Shown here piece after piece: positions 20,806 to 29,349 of a DNA stretch of 46,054 bases (within the stretch, counting starts at the first letter, position 1; each line of letters starts with the position of its first letter). The notes beneath the pieces are model-generated. The model was not told the origin of the DNA and did no database searches. It was given only the letters and a program-made list of their open reading frames with translations. Source of the stretch: Candidatus Rokuibacteriota bacterium (GTDB lineage: Bacteria > JAUVQV01 > DATDCY01); the NCBI GenBank assembly GCA_031406795.1, contig JANOHV010000157.1:1-46054 (forward strand), written 5' to 3'. A program made the position numbers and the translations under genes.

Positions 20806-21372
20806 ATGGATAAGCTTGTGAAGACGCTGATCAACTGCTACCCGAAGCAGGTCGTCCTCGATGACGGCAGCGAAGTGATCTTCAGGCCCCTGCGCAAGGA
20901 TGACGAGCGCGCCCTTGCCGCGTTCTTCGGGGAACTCCCCTTCAAGGACCGGGCCTGCCTCAAGGAGGACGTCTCCGACCCCCGGGTAATCGAAGGTTGG
21001 ATCGATCAGCTGGACTACGACGCCATCCTTCCCGTCGTCGCCACGGACAACGGCAGGATTGTCGGGGACGTCACCCTGCACTTCAACGCCACCAGCTGGA
21101 CGCACCACCAGGCGGAGATCCGGCTGACGACCAGCGTCAGCCACCGGGCAAAGGGGCTGGGGAAGCGGCTGAACCAGGACATCATCGACATCGCCCGGAC
21201 CCTGGGGCTCGAGCAGCTGAGCATCGAACTGGCTCCCGAGTTGCAGGACGCTTTCCTGCTCTGCCAGAAGCTCGGGTTCCAGCAGGCCGCGGTCCTCAAA
21301 GGGTTCATCGTCGACCTCGACGGAAACGAGACGGACCTCGTCCTGATGATCAAACAACTGGCCGACCGCTGA
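20806..21372 (+). CDS. GNAT-family N-acetyltransferase (paralog of 18987-19547)
   Basis: SD GGAGG, FRPLRKDDE, WIDQLDYDAILP, HRAKGLG, QKLGF. Confidence 0.85.
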   Translation: MDKLVKTLINCYPKQVVLDDGSEVIFRPLRKDDERALAAFFGELPFKDRACLKEDVSDPRVIEGWIDQLDYDAILPVVATDNGRIVGDVTLHFNATSWTHHQAEIRLTTSVSHRAKGLGKRLNQDIIDIARTLGLEQLSIELAPELQDAFLLCQKLGFQQAAVLKGFIVDLDGNETDLVLMIKQLADR

Positions 21373-21399
21373 AAAAGGCCCCCGCCCGGTTACCGAAGC

Positions 21400-22581
21400 T
21401 CAGCGCACCCGTTCGACCAGCATCGCGATCCCCTGCCCGCCGCCGATGCACAGCGAGGCGAGGCCCAGGGTCACGTCCCGCCGCACCATCTCGTACATGA
21501 GGGTCACGAGGATTCGCGTGCCGCTCGCGCCCACGGGGTGCCCGAGGGCGATGGCGCCGCCGTGCACGTTCACGCGGGAGAGGTCCCACCCCATCTCGCG
21601 GTGGACCTGGATGGACTGGGACGCGAACGCCTCGTTGATCTCGACGAGATCGATGTCCCCGACGCCGATCCTGGCCTTCATGATCAGCGCCTTGCAGGCG
21701 TTGATCGGACCGAGTCCCATGAACGCGGGGTCCAGCGCGGCCGACGAAGCGCCCTTGATCCTGAAGGCCCACGCGGGCTTGAGCTCCTGCATCCGCTCCT
21801 TGGAGACCACAAGCACCGCGGCCGCCCCATCGTTGATCCCGGAGGCGTTGCCCGCCGTCACCGTCCCCTGCTCCTTGAACGCCGGCGCCAGCTTCGCCAG
21901 GCTTTCGACGGTCGTGCCGAAGCGGGGGTGCTCGTCGGTGTCGAAGATCTTGTCCTCGCCCTTCGGCTGCTTGAGCCGCACGGGGACGATCTCCTCCTTG
22001 AAGACCCCGGCCTTGATCGCGTCCTCCGCCTTCTTCTGGGAGTTCGCGGCGAACAGGTCCTGCTCCGCCCGGCCGACCTTGTACTTCTCCGCGACGTTCT
22101 CGGCGGTCTGCCCCATGTGGTAATCGTAGAACATGTCCCAGAGCGCGTCGTTGATGAGCGTGTCGATCATCTCGGCGTTGCCGAGGCGCTGGCCCCAGCG
22201 CGCCGACTTGATGACGTAGGGGGCGCTCGTCATGTGCTCCATGCCGCCGGCGATGATCATGTTCGCCTCGCCCGCCGCAATGGCCTGGCCGGCGAGGGCG
22301 ACGGACTTCAGCCCCGAGCCGCAGACCTTGTTCAGCGTGAAGGCCGGGATGTTCTCGGGAAGGCCGGCCCTGATCGCGGCTTGCCGGGCGGGGTTCTGAC
22401 CGAGCCCCGCCTGAAGGACGTTCCCCATGATGACTTCTTCGACCGCGCCGCCCTGGACCCCGGTCCGCCTGATGACCTCCTTGATCACCTCGGAGCCGAG
22501 GTCGATCGTGTCCAGGGGCGCCAGCGTCCCGTTGAACCGCCCGATGGCTGTCCGCACCCCACCGACAATATATGCTTCCAT
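21400..22581 (-). CDS. phaA: Acetyl-CoA acetyltransferase (beta-ketothiolase), last gene of the PHA operon
   Basis: NKVCGSG, NEAFA, HGGAIALGHPVG, SLCIGGGQG. SD AGGAG before ATG 22581. Confidence 0.9.
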   Translation of the reverse strand: MEAYIVGGVRTAIGRFNGTLAPLDTIDLGSEVIKEVIRRTGVQGGAVEEVIMGNVLQAGLGQNPARQAAIRAGLPENIPAFTLNKVCGSGLKSVALAGQAIAAGEANMIIAGGMEHMTSAPYVIKSARWGQRLGNAEMIDTLINDALWDMFYDYHMGQTAENVAEKYKVGRAEQDLFAANSQKKAEDAIKAGVFKEEIVPVRLKQPKGEDKIFDTDEHPRFGTTVESLAKLAPAFKEQGTVTAGNASGINDGAAAVLVVSKERMQELKPAWAFRIKGASSAALDPAFMGLGPINACKALIMKARIGVGDIDLVEINEAFASQSIQVHREMGWDLSRVNVHGGAIALGHPVGASGTRILVTLMYEMVRRDVTLGLASLCIGGGQGIAMLVERVR

Positions 22582-22656
22582 CTCCTGGTCTCCTTTAGTG
22601 ACGATGTCTACCCCGGGACGAGCCAAGGGACTGGAACTCGCCGCCGTTGGCCCGTA

Positions 22657-22714
22657 CTGGGCGGAGGGGTGGCGCGGAGGGGAGGTCCGCAGCGACAGGA
22701 CCCCGCAGTCCGCA
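22657..22714. repeat. Shortest (~58 bp) copy of the dispersed structured repeat
   Basis: CTGGGCGGAGGGGTGGCGCGGAGGGGAGGTCCGCAGCGACAGGACCCCGCAG matches both ends of the 45832-46054 and 40641-40872 copies. Confidence 0.8.
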
Positions 22715-23458
22715 TCAGATCCGCATCCCGCCGTCGACTTCGATGACCCGCCCGGTGAAGAAGTCATTGCCGATGATGAACTGGATGGCCCCGGAGATCT
22801 CCCCCATGTCGCCCAGCCTCCCGACCGGGATGTTCTGGATAAGCTTGTCGAGCACGTCGGGCCGGATCTTCGCGACCATCTCGGTGTTGATGTACCCCGG
22901 GGCGATGGCGCCGACCCGGATACCGTATCGGGAGAGTTCCTTGGCCCACGTCACCGTCATGGCGTCGACGGCCGACTTCGAGGCGGAGTAGTTGGTCTGG
23001 CCGAGGTTCCCGGCGCGGCTGATGGACGAGATATTCACGATCACGCCCTTGACCTTCTGCTTCACCATGTGGAACGCGGCTTCCCGCGCGCAGAGAAACA
23101 CGCCGGTGAGGTTGACGTTGATCACCTTCTCCCAGCTCGCGAGCGGAAACTTCGTGATCTCTTCGCCCTTCTGCTTGATGAACAGCGCGTCGGCGGTGAT
23201 GCCGGCGTTGTTGATCAGGACGTCGGGCGCGCCGTGGGCCGCCACGTAGCCCTCGAAGAAGGACTCGACGCTCTTCTCGCTGCCGACGTCCACGATCTGT
23301 CCGGGGATCCCGGCCTCGGCCTTCAGCGCGTCCAGGTTCTCCTGGACCACGTCCACGACAAACGGCGCGGCGCCGAGCAGCTTCAGGTCCACCGCAAACC
23401 GCTTCCCCATGCCCCGGGCGCCGCCCGTGATGATGACTTTCTTCCCTGCAAGATCCAT
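22715..23458 (-). CDS. SDR oxidoreductase, FabG/PhaB-like (probable acetoacetyl-CoA reductase)
   Basis: TGGARGMG, NNAGIT, NISS, YSASK. Located between phaC and the thiolase. Confidence 0.85.
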   Translation of the reverse strand: MDLAGKKVIITGGARGMGKRFAVDLKLLGAAPFVVDVVQENLDALKAEAGIPGQIVDVGSEKSVESFFEGYVAAHGAPDVLINNAGITADALFIKQKGEEITKFPLASWEKVINVNLTGVFLCAREAAFHMVKQKVKGVIVNISSISRAGNLGQTNYSASKSAVDAMTVTWAKELSRYGIRVGAIAPGYINTEMVAKIRPDVLDKLIQNIPVGRLGDMGEISGAIQFIIGNDFFTGRVIEVDGGMRI

Positions 23459-23509
23459 GGTGCTCTCCCGTTCCTGCGTGTCGCTCGAGGCTGATGTCGC
23501 CCCTGACGC

Positions 23510-24706
23510 TTATTTCGTGCGGCTGTTGCCGGCTCTCGCCCGCGGCTGCTTCTTGCCGACGGCCTTTGTTGCTCTTGTTGCTCTTGTTGCCTTGGTCGCC
23601 TTCGCGGCCTTTGCCGCCTTGACCGCCGGCTCGCTCCGATCGCGATCGTGAAGCCATTTCGAGATCGCCGGGGCGAGCTCCTTCTGCGATTTACCGCCCA
23701 CGAAGACCCCGATGTGACCGCCCTTGAACTCGTAGAGCGACTTGTCGGTGCTCCCGACGAGATCGTTCAGCGGCTTCGTCGCGGCAGGGGGGACCAGGTG
23801 ATCCGCGCTCGCATAGATGTTGAGCAGCGGCATCGTGATGTTCTTGAGATCGACCACCCGGCCGCCGATCTTCATCTCGCCCTTGACGAGCTTGTTCTGC
23901 TGGTAGCACTCCTTGATGAACTGCCGCAGGCACTCCCCCGCCTGGCCGGGGCTGTCGAAGATCCACTTCTCCATGCGCAGGAAGTTGAGGAGCTTCTCCC
24001 GATCCTCGATCACCTCGAGCATGTCCACGTACTTGCGGATGTTGAGCGTGAACGGCATGAGCCTGAGAAAGCCCGAGTTCATGAAGTCCCCGGGGACGAC
24101 CCGGTAGGCGTCGACGAGGGCGTCGATGTTCAAGTGCTTGGCCCAGCTGAACAGCAGGCCGTCGTTGGTGGAGAAATCGAACGGCGCAACCAGGGTCACG
24201 AGGTTCTTCACCTTCTTCGGGTACAGCGCCGCATACATCCCGCAGAAGGTTCCGCCCTGGCAGATGCCCATCAGATTGACCTGGCCCTTGCCGGAGTCCT
24301 TTCTGACGAAGTCGACGCAGTTGTCCAGGTATCCGGTGATGTAGTCGTCGAGCCCGAGGTACATGTCGGCCTTGGTGGGGTAGCCCCAGTCGACGATGTA
24401 GACGTCCATGCCGTGCTGCAGGAGGTTCCTGACCATGCTCCGATCGGGCTGGATGTCGAGCATGTACTGGCGGTTCACCAGTGCGTACACGATCAGCACC
24501 GGTACGCCGCAGGTCACCTTCCCCTCCGGCTTGTAGTGGAACAGCTGGAGCTTGTCTTCCTCGTAGACCAGGTCCTTGGGAGCCGTCCCGACGTCGATCT
24601 CGTCGATGCTGGCGAACAGTTCGGCGCTCTTGATGAACCTGGTGCTCGCCTCGCCGAGTTCCCGGGCGAAGTTCTTCATGTTGAAGTTTTCCAGGGTCGT
24701 TTTCAT
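23510..24706 (-). CDS. phaC: Class III poly(R)-hydroxyalkanoate synthase subunit PhaC
   Basis: YALVNRQYMLDIQPDRS, lipase box GICQGG, RMEKWIFDSP, DHLVPP, GGHIG. ATGA overlap with phaE. Confidence 0.93.
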   Translation of the reverse strand: MKTTLENFNMKNFARELGEASTRFIKSAELFASIDEIDVGTAPKDLVYEEDKLQLFHYKPEGKVTCGVPVLIVYALVNRQYMLDIQPDRSMVRNLLQHGMDVYIVDWGYPTKADMYLGLDDYITGYLDNCVDFVRKDSGKGQVNLMGICQGGTFCGMYAALYPKKVKNLVTLVAPFDFSTNDGLLFSWAKHLNIDALVDAYRVVPGDFMNSGFLRLMPFTLNIRKYVDMLEVIEDREKLLNFLRMEKWIFDSPGQAGECLRQFIKECYQQNKLVKGEMKIGGRVVDLKNITMPLLNIYASADHLVPPAATKPLNDLVGSTDKSLYEFKGGHIGVFVGGKSQKELAPAISKWLHDRDRSEPAVKAAKAAKATKATRATRATKAVGKKQPRARAGNSRTK

Positions 24707-25809
24707 GCGCGCACCTCGCCAAGCTGTTTCTCCAGCCCCTTGACCTTCTTCTTCAGCTCGTAGACCGTCTTGTACAGGTCGTCCATCTCGGAGCGCAGCG
24801 CGATGGGCAGGTCGTAGAGGTGGAGTTCCATCAGTTTGAAGGAGTGTTTGCGCACGTCCAGGGAAGCCTCGAGAAGCTCGCCCTGCATCTTCGCGTAGTC
24901 TTCCGTCTGAAAGAGCGAAGAATACGCCTTCTCGTTCACCGTGATCCAGAGGTTGAAGAACTCGCCGAAATCCTTGAACTCCTCGCCGGCGCTCACCTTC
25001 TCCGCAACGGCCGCGATCATCTTCTCGCAAGCGGCCAGACCGGTGATATACATGGTGTGCTCGAATTCGGTGTTCTTGGCGAGGTAGGCCGACAGGACGT
25101 CAAGGCTGCGCAGCAGCAGTTCGACCTTCTCGCGATCTTTCCCGACGGCGGGGATGTGGAAGACCCGCCCGACGGTGCTGTCGAAGGCGCTGAACATAGT
25201 GTGGTAGATCTTCATGAAGGCTGCGGGATGGCCTTCCATGATCTGGGGAAGATCCCGGTAGCCCCGCGCTGAGGCCTCCATCCAGGGTTGCATGAAGCCC
25301 TGCGACGAGTGGGTCCAGCTCTCGAGCAGCTTCTTGACCTGGTCGGCGAGTTCGGCCGCCGCATCCGGGTTGAACCCGAAGACACGGTCCAGCATTTCCT
25401 TGTACTTGGCCGGGTCGATCAGGTCCTTGAAGGAGTCGGTGCTGACCCCCTTCTGCTGGATCGCCTTGAAAAGTGGCAGCCACAGTTCGTAGAGCTTCAG
25501 GTAGGCGTTGGAGCTGGATAGCGATCTCAGCAGGGTCTCCCTGACGAAATTCGCGTCCCCGGCATCGCCGCCGCGGAAGGCGTCGTTCACTGATTTTTCC
25601 CAGGCAGTGTACGCGTCCGGAAAACCGCCGAAGCCGGACATCGCCCCGCCGAAGGCCGGCATGGCGCCGCCAAATCCCGGCATCGCGCCGCCGGTTGATC
25701 CGAAACCGGAGAAACCCTGCTGGAACTTCCTCGCCATGTCGCCCATGCTGGTGAAGGCGTCCTGCTGTGCCTTCATCCAGGAGTCGAGATAGTTCTCTGT
25801 GCCGCTCAT
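24703..25809 (-). CDS. phaE: Class III PHA synthase subunit PhaE
   Basis: FFNLWITVNEKAY..TEDYAKMQGEL and C-terminal LPIALRSEMDDLYKTVYELKKKVK. Coupled to phaC; SD GAGG before ATG 25809. Confidence 0.88.
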   Translation of the reverse strand: MSGTENYLDSWMKAQQDAFTSMGDMARKFQQGFSGFGSTGGAMPGFGGAMPAFGGAMSGFGGFPDAYTAWEKSVNDAFRGGDAGDANFVRETLLRSLSSSNAYLKLYELWLPLFKAIQQKGVSTDSFKDLIDPAKYKEMLDRVFGFNPDAAAELADQVKKLLESWTHSSQGFMQPWMEASARGYRDLPQIMEGHPAAFMKIYHTMFSAFDSTVGRVFHIPAVGKDREKVELLLRSLDVLSAYLAKNTEFEHTMYITGLAACEKMIAAVAEKVSAGEEFKDFGEFFNLWITVNEKAYSSLFQTEDYAKMQGELLEASLDVRKHSFKLMELHLYDLPIALRSEMDDLYKTVYELKKKVKGLEKQLGEVRA

Positions 25810-25838
25810 TCCTCGCTCCCCATCCGGCCGCAGCCGAG

Positions 25839-26192
25839 CTACTTCTTCTTCTCGGCGGTCTGCTTGAACAGTTCGGCGAGCTTGGTCACCATCTCCCGCG
25901 TCATCTCCATCTGCTTCTCGACGGTGCCCTTCCAGGTCGCCTGGATCTTCGCCGACTCGTCCGAAAAGGTCTTCGCGGAGTTCACCATCGTGGTCAGCCA
26001 GGAGTTGTACAGGCCCATCACCTCTTTGACCGGCCCTTCCTGCGAACCGCCGAGATTCATCAGCGAGGCCTGCATCTTCTTCGTCGCCTCGGCCCACTTC
26101 TCCGTGGCCTCCTTCTGGGACTTCACCCAGGTGTCCATGAAGTCCTTCTGGTTCTTCATCCAGGAATCCACGAGTTCCGTCGCCTTGTCCAT
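25839..26192 (-). CDS. Phasin-like amphipathic helical protein 1
   Basis: 117 aa, all-helical amphipathic pattern, SD AAGGAG, inside the PHA operon. Confidence 0.65.
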   Translation of the reverse strand: MDKATELVDSWMKNQKDFMDTWVKSQKEATEKWAEATKKMQASLMNLGGSQEGPVKEVMGLYNSWLTTMVNSAKTFSDESAKIQATWKGTVEKQMEMTREMVTKLAELFKQTAEKKK

Positions 26193-26309
26193 GTGCTTCT
26201 CCTTGTGTCTGAGTGTCCGTGTCGCTCACGGCGAGCAGCGATCAAAACGGAGCGCGCCCGCTCTTCTGCCGGCGCGCCCCGGGCCAAACCGGTCCGGTCA
26301 GGGAAACGG

Positions 26310-26711
26310 CTACTTCTGCGAACAGCCCGGCGGGAAGCCGGCGGTCATCTTCTGCATCATCTCCCGGGCGACATCCATCTGCTTCTCGACGGCGCTCATC
26401 CAGACTTCCTGGATCTTGCCCGAATCGTCGGCGACGGTCTTCGCGGAATTCATCATCATCGTCAGGCAGTCGCTGGAGTACCCGAGCATTTCCTTCATCG
26501 GGCCCGCCTGCGTGCCCCGCATGTCCATCAGCGGCTTTTGCAGCCCCTCCACCGCCTCGGTCCACTGCTCCATGCCCTGCTTCTGGGCCTTCGCGCAGCT
26601 CTCCATGAAATCCTTCTGGGACTTCATGCAGAAATCCATCATGTCCATCATGGTGTTCATCTCGGTCTTCATCTCGTTGCCCTTGGTTTCCTTGTTCATC
26701 GCCTTGCGCAT
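26310..26711 (-). CDS. Phasin-like protein 2, Met-rich paralog of 25839-26192
   Basis: Collinear with protein 1 (MKSQKDFM/MKNQKDFM, GPMKEM/GPVKEV, MNSAKT/VNSAKT, VEKQM). Confidence 0.65.
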   Translation of the reverse strand: MRKAMNKETKGNEMKTEMNTMMDMMDFCMKSQKDFMESCAKAQKQGMEQWTEAVEGLQKPLMDMRGTQAGPMKEMLGYSSDCLTMMMNSAKTVADDSGKIQEVWMSAVEKQMDVAREMMQKMTAGFPPGCSQK

Positions 26712-26795
26712 CTTCGTTCCCCTTTCGTTGCCTTCGGTTTCCCTAGTTGTCGTTCCTGCCCGCGCCCCCCCGGCCCGGGCGCCTCCACGCGGCCG

Positions 26796-27239
26796 CTATT
26801 CGGCCCCCACCTTCAACATCCGGAACAGATCAAAGGAGTTCTTCGCGATCTCCTTGTTGATCTCCAACTGCTTGTCGATGCTCCTCTGCCAGAGGTCCTG
26901 GGCCTTCTTCCCCCCCTCGGAGAAGAGGCTGAGCTGCAGATCGCGCATGGTGTTCCTGAGGAACGCATTCTCCTCCCGCAGCCGCTTGTTCTCCTCGAGG
27001 ACCTCGTCGTACCGGATCTTCGGGACAAAGCCGAAGATGATGAAGAAGTCGGCCATCCGCTCGTACATCTCGAGGGAGTTCGGGTACAGGCTGTTCTGCA
27101 TCATGTAGGCGCTCCAGTACCTTCTGGCCGATTCAATGCCTTCCTGGTGCATCTTCACGAAGAAATCCAAAAACCCCGTCTTGAAGAGGGGGTTGGTGAA
27201 GAGGTGCTCCATTTGCGTCCGGCATTCGTCGTTGATCAC
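26796..27239 (-). CDS. Hypothetical coiled-coil protein of the PHA operon (alternative start 27284)
   Basis: FGFVPKIRYDEVLEENKRLREENAFLR. GTG 27239 has SD GGAGG. Confidence 0.65.
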   Translation of the reverse strand: MINDECRTQMEHLFTNPLFKTGFLDFFVKMHQEGIESARRYWSAYMMQNSLYPNSLEMYERMADFFIIFGFVPKIRYDEVLEENKRLREENAFLRNTMRDLQLSLFSEGGKKAQDLWQRSIDKQLEINKEIAKNSFDLFRMLKVGAE

Positions 27240-27309
27240 GGTGCCTCCACCCTCCTGGGATCCTCCGGCCGTCGACTTCCCCATGCCCGATCCTTCCTGA
27301 TACCGGCGT

Positions 27310-27657
27310 CTAACCCCCATCGCGCTTCTCCGGTTTTCTCCCGGGCCCCGCCGCGCCATGTTCGGCGGGAGAGCCCGGCGCACTCCAGAGTGACCAGGGG
27401 TTCATGATGGCCTTTGAAACCACGTCGACGTCGGTCATGGAGCCAAGCCGCTTCAGCCACGAGCCGAGCAGACCGAAGTAGTTCTTCAGGTCCATGCCGG
27501 ACTTGACCATGAAAGGCAGGGCCCTGTTGAGATCTCTGATGTAGGAGCGTACGACATACGCGGCGTTGATGTCGGGGTCACCGAATTCAATGAGGAGCTG
27601 CTTCAGCTTCTCGTACTCATCCTCGTCCAAGCGAAGGGTGATCGACTTCAGTGCCAC
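27310..27657 (-). CDS. Putative ribbon-helix-helix-type regulator heading the PHA operon
   Basis: SD GGAGG, N-terminus KSITLRLDEDEYEKLKQLL..NAAYVVRSYIRD fits the RHH strand-helix-helix pattern. Confidence 0.55.
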   Translation of the reverse strand: MALKSITLRLDEDEYEKLKQLLIEFGDPDINAAYVVRSYIRDLNRALPFMVKSGMDLKNYFGLLGSWLKRLGSMTDVDVVSKAIMNPWSLWSAPGSPAEHGAAGPGRKPEKRDGG

Positions 27658-27697
27658 GTGTCCTCCCTTTCAAAAGAATTGCTTTCGTATCGCATAA

Positions 27698-27726
27698 GTA
27701 ATACGTCCGTTGTCTGACATTGTCAA
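27698..27726 (-). promoter_or_regulatory. Putative PHA operon promoter with overlapping palindromic operator
   Basis: Minus strand TTGACA-N17-TATTAC. Palindromes TGACA-T-TGTCA (27715-27725) and TGTC-T-GACA (27711-27719). Confidence 0.5.
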
Positions 27727-27778
27727 GGGAATTAGCACTGCAGCGAATCTTTCTTGTGTTACCCCAGACCGTTATTTT

Positions 27779-27862
27779 TCGTAGGGGAGAGGGTTTATCC
27801 CCTCCCGCCGGTTTGCGGTGAACTGTCCTCAACTCGGGCGGGGATGAACCCCGCCCCTACGA
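27779..27862. repeat. GTAG-type REP doublet (REPIN-like)
   Basis: GTAGGGGAGAGGGTTTATCCCCTCCCG and inverted GTAGGGGCGGGGTTCATCCCCGCCCG, each a short hairpin. Confidence 0.75.
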
Positions 27863-28022
27863 ACCGTTGTACGTTTATCACAATATTCTCAATGTGTTAT
27901 TCACAAAAGTTCGCTGTAGTGTTAAGCGCGGGGAATGCGCATTTCGGTCGCGTCACGAGGAACGGCTTGGTCGGGTGCTTCTGCGCCCCCGTGCGAGCCG
28001 CGGGATGCGTACGGCTGGCGGT

Positions 28023-29249
28023 CTACCCTTCGATGCAGATGATTTCGAACCGGTCGCCGCTCAGGCAGCGGCCACCAGCCGGCGTGACCTCGAAGGTGTT
28101 CTCGACCCCGACCATCCCGAAGCCGGGAATCCCGAGCTTCGGCTCCAGGGCGAGCGTCATCCCCTCCTCGAGCGGGGCGTCGAACCCCTTGGCGATTACG
28201 GGATACTCGTCGATCGCCAGCCCGATGCCGTGGCCGAGGAAGCGCACCTTGTTGCCGCCGAGGGCCATGAACCCCTCCGCCCAGCCTTCCTGCTCCGCCC
28301 AGGCGAAGCAGTGCTCCGCCATCCGGCTCGGAACACTCCCCGGCCGCAATTGCTCCGCCAGCCAGGACTGCACGTCGACGCAGAACCGATGCGCCGCCGC
28401 CGCGCGCGCCGGGATGTCCTCGCAACGCCCGGGCCAGTAGACCTGGGTCTTGTCGGTGTGGTAGCCGTTCAGCACGAAGCCGAAATCGCAGACGAGGGGT
28501 TCCCCGCGCTCCCAGCGCTTCGCGGCGTGTCCCATGTGCGGACTGGCGGGATGCTCCCCGCGCACCCCGACCGGCCCGTTGTAGACACTTGGGTAGTTGG
28601 CGTTCTCCCCCGCCGCGACGTGGCCGAGGAAGATCTCCTCCCCGTAATTCTCCATGCGCAGCTGCCCCTGGTGGCCGGCGGCGAAGAGGACCTCCCAGGC
28701 TCGATGCGCGATCTCCCGCTCAGTCATGCCGGGGGCGATCAGCGCCGGCAGCTTCTCGCTCATGCAGGCGGCATGCAGCCCTCCCGCCTCGCGCATCAGC
28801 TCCAGTTCCCACGGAGACTTGACGGCGCGTGCCAGCCCGAACACCCGATCGCCAGGGACCAGACGCGCCGGGGCGAGATGCTCGACCAGCGTGCGCCCCA
28901 GCGCCCAGGTAATCCCCCCCATCTCGGCTGCCGCGGTGGCGGCCAGGGGTGAGCCGGCTTGCGCCAACAGGGCGGGCAGATCGCGAAAGGAGCGGTACGT
29001 CAGGATGTTCGCCAGCGGCGATTCCAGCCGCGCCCGTTCGATCCCCCGGCGGCACAGCAGCACGGGATCGCCCTCGAGCGGGAGCCAGAGCACGCCGCCG
29101 ACGAAGGTTCCCGAGAGGTAGTAGATGTTCAACCGCGAGAAGACGAGCAGCCCCCCCGACTCCGGCGCCACCCCGGCGAGTTCCCAGCGACAGCGCTCCT
29201 GGCGCCGTTCGACCTCGGCCCGCGGCACCAGTTCTTCCCGTGGCGTCAT
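28023..29249 (-). CDS. Xaa-Pro peptidase, M24 family
   Basis: Creatinase-like N-domain, CDFG..GYHTDKT, GHGIGLAIDEYP, LALEPK, GVENT. Confidence 0.9.
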   Translation of the reverse strand: MTPREELVPRAEVERRQERCRWELAGVAPESGGLLVFSRLNIYYLSGTFVGGVLWLPLEGDPVLLCRRGIERARLESPLANILTYRSFRDLPALLAQAGSPLAATAAAEMGGITWALGRTLVEHLAPARLVPGDRVFGLARAVKSPWELELMREAGGLHAACMSEKLPALIAPGMTEREIAHRAWEVLFAAGHQGQLRMENYGEEIFLGHVAAGENANYPSVYNGPVGVRGEHPASPHMGHAAKRWERGEPLVCDFGFVLNGYHTDKTQVYWPGRCEDIPARAAAAHRFCVDVQSWLAEQLRPGSVPSRMAEHCFAWAEQEGWAEGFMALGGNKVRFLGHGIGLAIDEYPVIAKGFDAPLEEGMTLALEPKLGIPGFGMVGVENTFEVTPAGGRCLSGDRFEIICIEG

Positions 29250-29349
29250 GCTCGCCCTCCTTGGGGTCCAAGTCTAACCATAATGCGCGCTGCTGACAAA
29301 GTCCCCCCCTGACCAGGCCGGGGCTCGGGGGGCATCTGTGGGGCCGGTT

